Assembly: GCF_013149785.1 (NCBI RefSeq)
Contig: NZ_JABEZU010000002.1
Location: 248,001-312,000, forward strand
Reading direction: 5' to 3'
Length of the DNA stretch: 64,000 bases
Source of the DNA: Isoptericola halotolerans
GTDB taxonomy: Bacteria; Actinomycetota; Actinomycetes; Actinomycetales; Cellulomonadaceae
Shown here: positions 61,087 through 64,000 of the stretch, in pieces
How the letters are laid out: each line of letters starts with the position of its first letter
How positions within the stretch are numbered: the first letter of the stretch is position 1
Notes under the pieces: generated by a model
The model's input: only the letters and a program-made list of their open reading frames with translations
Database searches by the model: none
Told to the model about the DNA's origin: nothing
Program-made: the position numbers and the translations under genes

Positions 61087-62517
61087 GTGACCTTGCACCT
61101 GTATGACACTGCCACGCGCGCCGTGCGCGAGCTCGTCCCGCGCACCCCGGGCAAGGTCGGCATCTACCTGTGCGGCGCCACCGTCCAGTCGTCCCCCCAC
61201 GTGGGCCACCTGCGCCCGGCCGTCGCCTTCGACGTGCTGCGGCGCTGGCTGCTGCGCCAGGGGCTGGACGTCACGCTCATCCGCAACATCACGGACATCG
61301 ACGACAAGATCCTCGCCAAGGCCTCCGCGGCCGGGGTCGAGTGGTGGGCGCACGCCGCCGTCTACGAGCGGGCGTTCACCGCCGCGTACGACGCGCTGGG
61401 CGTCCTGGCACCCACCTACGAACCGCGTGCCACCCAGCACGTGCCGCAGATGGTCGACCTCATGGAGCGTCTCGTCGAGCGCGGCCACGCCTACGCCACG
61501 GGGCCCGGCAACGTGTGGTTCGACGTCCGTTCCTGGCCCTCGTACGGCGAGCTGACGTCGCAACGTCTCGAGGACCTCAACCCCGAGTCCACCGACGACG
61601 CCGTCGCGACGGAGAAGCGCGACCCGCACGACTTCGCGCTGTGGAAGGCCGCGCGCCCCGGCGAGCCGGGGACCGCGGCCTGGGACACCCCGTACGGCCG
61701 GGGCCGGCCGGGCTGGCACCTCGAGTGCTCGGCGATGGCGCACCGCTACCTGGGTGAGTCGTTCGACATCCACGGCGGCGGGCTCGACCTGCGCTTCCCG
61801 CACCACGAGAACGAGCAGGCCCAGTCCCGGGCGGCCGGCTACGGGTTCGCCGACCGGTGGATGCACTCGGCCTGGGTGACGCAGCAGGGCGTCAAGATGA
61901 GCAAGTCCCTCGGCAACGGGCTGCTCGTGGAGGAGCTGCTCGCCAAGGCGCCCGCCCCCGTGGTCCGGTACGCCCTGGCAGCCGTCCAGTACCGCTCCAT
62001 GCTGGAGTGGGGTCCCGACACCCTGGACGAGGCCCGCGCCACCTGGGAGCGGCTGCGCGGGTTCGTCGGCCGCGCCACCGAGCGGGTCGGTGACGTGTCC
62101 CGGGCGGAGGCCGCCGGCGCGATCCTCCCGCAGGCCTTCGCGGCTGCCATGGACGACGACCTCAACGTCCCCGCCGCGCTCGCCGTCGTGCACGAGACGT
62201 TGCGCGCCGGCAACACGGCGCTCGCCGACGCGGACGACGACGGCGCGCGAGCCGCGCTCGTCGCGCTGCGGGGCATGCTGGACGTGCTGGGCCTGGACCC
62301 GGCCGACCCCCAGTGGGTCGACACCACCGACACGAAGGTCGCCGACGCGCTGGACGCCGTCGTGCGTGCCGAGCTCGACGCCCGGGCCGCCGCACGTGCG
62401 GCGAAGGACTGGGCGACCAGCGACGCGATCCGGGACCGCCTCGCGGCGGCCGGCGTCGTCGTGCAGGACTCACCCGACGGCGCCCGATGGACGCTGTCCA
62501 CAGCCGAGGAGAACTGA
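61087..62517 (+). CDS. cysS: cysteine--tRNA ligase
   Basis: [32 protein letters not shown]. Confidence 0.97.
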   Translation: MTLHLYDTATRAVRELVPRTPGKVGIYLCGATVQSSPHVGHLRPAVAFDVLRRWLLRQGLDVTLIRNITDIDDKILAKASAAGVEWWAHAAVYERAFTAAYDALGVLAPTYEPRATQHVPQMVDLMERLVERGHAYATGPGNVWFDVRSWPSYGELTSQRLEDLNPESTDDAVATEKRDPHDFALWKAARPGEPGTAAWDTPYGRGRPGWHLECSAMAHRYLGESFDIHGGGLDLRFPHHENEQAQSRAAGYGFADRWMHSAWVTQQGVKMSKSLGNGLLVEELLAKAPAPVVRYALAAVQYRSMLEWGPDTLDEARATWERLRGFVGRATERVGDVSRAEAAGAILPQAFAAAMDDDLNVPAALAVVHETLRAGNTALADADDDGARAALVALRGMLDVLGLDPADPQWVDTTDTKVADALDAVVRAELDARAAARAAKDWATSDAIRDRLAAAGVVVQDSPDGARWTLSTAEEN

Positions 62518-63503
62518 TGGCGGGCAACTCGCAGCGACCGGGCGCGAAGCGCAAGGAAGGCACCAAGAAGGGTGCGCAGGTCGGCACCGGCGGTCACAGC
62601 CGCAAGGCTCTGCAGGGCAAGGGACCGACGCCGAAGGCCGAGGACCGCACCTACCACCCCGCGCACAAGAAGAAGGTCGCCGCCGAGAAGCGCCAGGCCT
62701 CGCAGAGCGCCCAGGGCGCCCGCAAGGGTGTCGCCCGCGGGACGCGCAAGGCCACCGGTGGCGCCGAGGTCGTGGCGGGCCGCAACGCCGTCCTGGAGGC
62801 CCTGCGCACGCAGGCGCCGGTGACCGCGGTGCACATCGCCGACCGCATCGACCACGACGACCGCACCCGCGAGATCCTCGAGCTCGCGTCGATGCGCGGA
62901 GCCCGGCTCCTGGAGTCCTCGAGGGGTGCGCTCGACCAGCTCACCGAGGGCTCCGTGCACCAGGGCGTGGCGCTGGAGGTGCCGCCGTACGAGTACGCGT
63001 CGGTCGACGACCTCCTCGACGCCGCCGCCGAGGCGGACGAGCCGCCGCTGATCGTGGCCCTCGACTCCGTGACGGACCCGCGCAACCTCGGTGCGGTGCT
63101 GCGGTCGGCCGGGGCGTTCGGGGCGCACGGCGTGCTGGTGCCCTCGCGACGCTCGGCCTCCATGACGGCGTCGGCCTGGAAGGTGTCGGCCGGGGCGGCG
63201 GCTCGGGTGCCGGTCGCCAAGGAGACGAACCTGGCGAGGACGCTGACCGAGCTCAAGAAGTCCGGCGTCTTCGTCGTGGGTCTCGACGCCGGGGGCGACA
63301 CCGCGGTGCGCGAGCTCGCCTTCGCCACGGACCCCCTGGTGATCGTCGTCGGGTCCGAGGGCAAGGGCCTGTCGCGGCTGGTCCGCGAGACGTGCGACGC
63401 CGTCGCGTCCATCCCGATCGCCTCGTCCGTGGAGTCGCTCAACGCCGGTGTGGCCGCGGGGATCGCGCTCTACGAGGTCGCCCAGGCCCGCACCTCGCGG
63501 TAG
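62517..63503 (+). CDS. rlmB: 23S rRNA Gm2251 methyltransferase
   Basis: HQGV, DPRNLGA..RS, GSEGKG, ESLNA. Confidence 0.93.
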   Translation: MAGNSQRPGAKRKEGTKKGAQVGTGGHSRKALQGKGPTPKAEDRTYHPAHKKKVAAEKRQASQSAQGARKGVARGTRKATGGAEVVAGRNAVLEALRTQAPVTAVHIADRIDHDDRTREILELASMRGARLLESSRGALDQLTEGSVHQGVALEVPPYEYASVDDLLDAAAEADEPPLIVALDSVTDPRNLGAVLRSAGAFGAHGVLVPSRRSASMTASAWKVSAGAAARVPVAKETNLARTLTELKKSGVFVVGLDAGGDTAVRELAFATDPLVIVVGSEGKGLSRLVRETCDAVASIPIASSVESLNAGVAAGIALYEVAQARTSR

Positions 63504-63534
63504 CGGGGGTGACGCACGATCCGGCGCGGTGGGG

Positions 63535-64000
63535 TCAGCCCGCCGGGTCGTCGTCCGGGTCCGCCGCGGCGTAGTGGAAGTAGTCCGCCTCGGGCCCGGC
63601 CTCGGGCTCGTCGCCGGGCGCGAGGCCGAGGATCGCCTTCTCGTCAGGACGGTGCTGGAGCACGTTCTCGACGTACGAGGCGACCGTCTCGGGCATCGGC
63701 ACGTCGCGCTGCGCCCGCTCGGAGATGAACCAGCGGTGGTCGAGGATCTCGTGGTAGAGCTGGGCGGGCTCGAGCTTGCGGCGCAGCTCTCGCGGGACGG
63801 CGCGGATGGTCGGGTGGAAGACGTTCTGCAGCCAGTCGTGCGCGACGAGCTGCTCGTCCTCCTCCTGGCGCTCGGTCGCGGCCTGGTAGGAGTCGAGGTC
63901 GTTGAGCAGACGTCGCGCCTGGTTGTCCTGGACGTCCAGCCCGGTGAGCTTGAGCAGGCGCCGTGAGTGGTGCCCGGCGTCGACGACCTGGGGCTGGATC
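63535..64000 (-). CDS. DUF4032-like protein, C-terminal part (truncated by the window edge)
   Basis: Minus strand reads IQPQVVDAGHHSRRLLKLTGLDVQDNQARRLLNDLD; absent from the ORF track because its start lies outside the window. Confidence 0.75.
   Translation of the reverse strand, partial: IQPQVVDAGHHSRRLLKLTGLDVQDNQARRLLNDLDSYQAATERQEEDEQLVAHDWLQNVFHPTIRAVPRELRRKLEPAQLYHEILDHRWFISERAQRDVPMPETVASYVENVLQHRPDEKAILGLAPGDEPEAGPEADYFHYAAADPDDDPAG

Noticed and set aside
63448..63966. 172-aa plus-strand ORF
   Set aside because: Antisense shadow of the DUF4032-like gene on the minus strand

Overview
A very GC-rich actinomycete chromosome segment, probably Micrococcales judging from gene order and leaderless promoter style (taxonomy is inference). 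About 22-64 kb is mostly conserved core: ppa-dacB-tilS-hpt-ftsH-folEP-folBK, pan/nad genes, lysS-lsr2, mshA-gpmA, phoU-senX3-regX3-pstSCAB, carD-ispDF and cysS-rlmB, with a few inserted modules. About 1-22 kb is more accessory: redox enzymes, cofC/cofD, a degenerate-nuclease/RAMA-like protein, and an ~8 kb block that separates metY from metX. That block carries an orphan WXG100 gene with a hydrophobic glycine-rich tail, a possible chaperone gene and a small membrane-protein gene. I found no rRNA, tRNA, CRISPR array, transposase or integrase. The best leads are: (1) the WXG100 effector-like cassette and its palindromic operator; (2) a leaderless 7-aa uORF (MTRRMRS) with alternative hairpins upstream of metX; (3) the pseudo-nuclease-RAMA protein; (4) a FolB-FolK fusion with a Tyr-periodic disordered tail; (5) a CTG start for ispD; (6) an AT drift across the 3' half of lysS up to lsr2. 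All family calls come from recognising motifs by eye; no database search was run.
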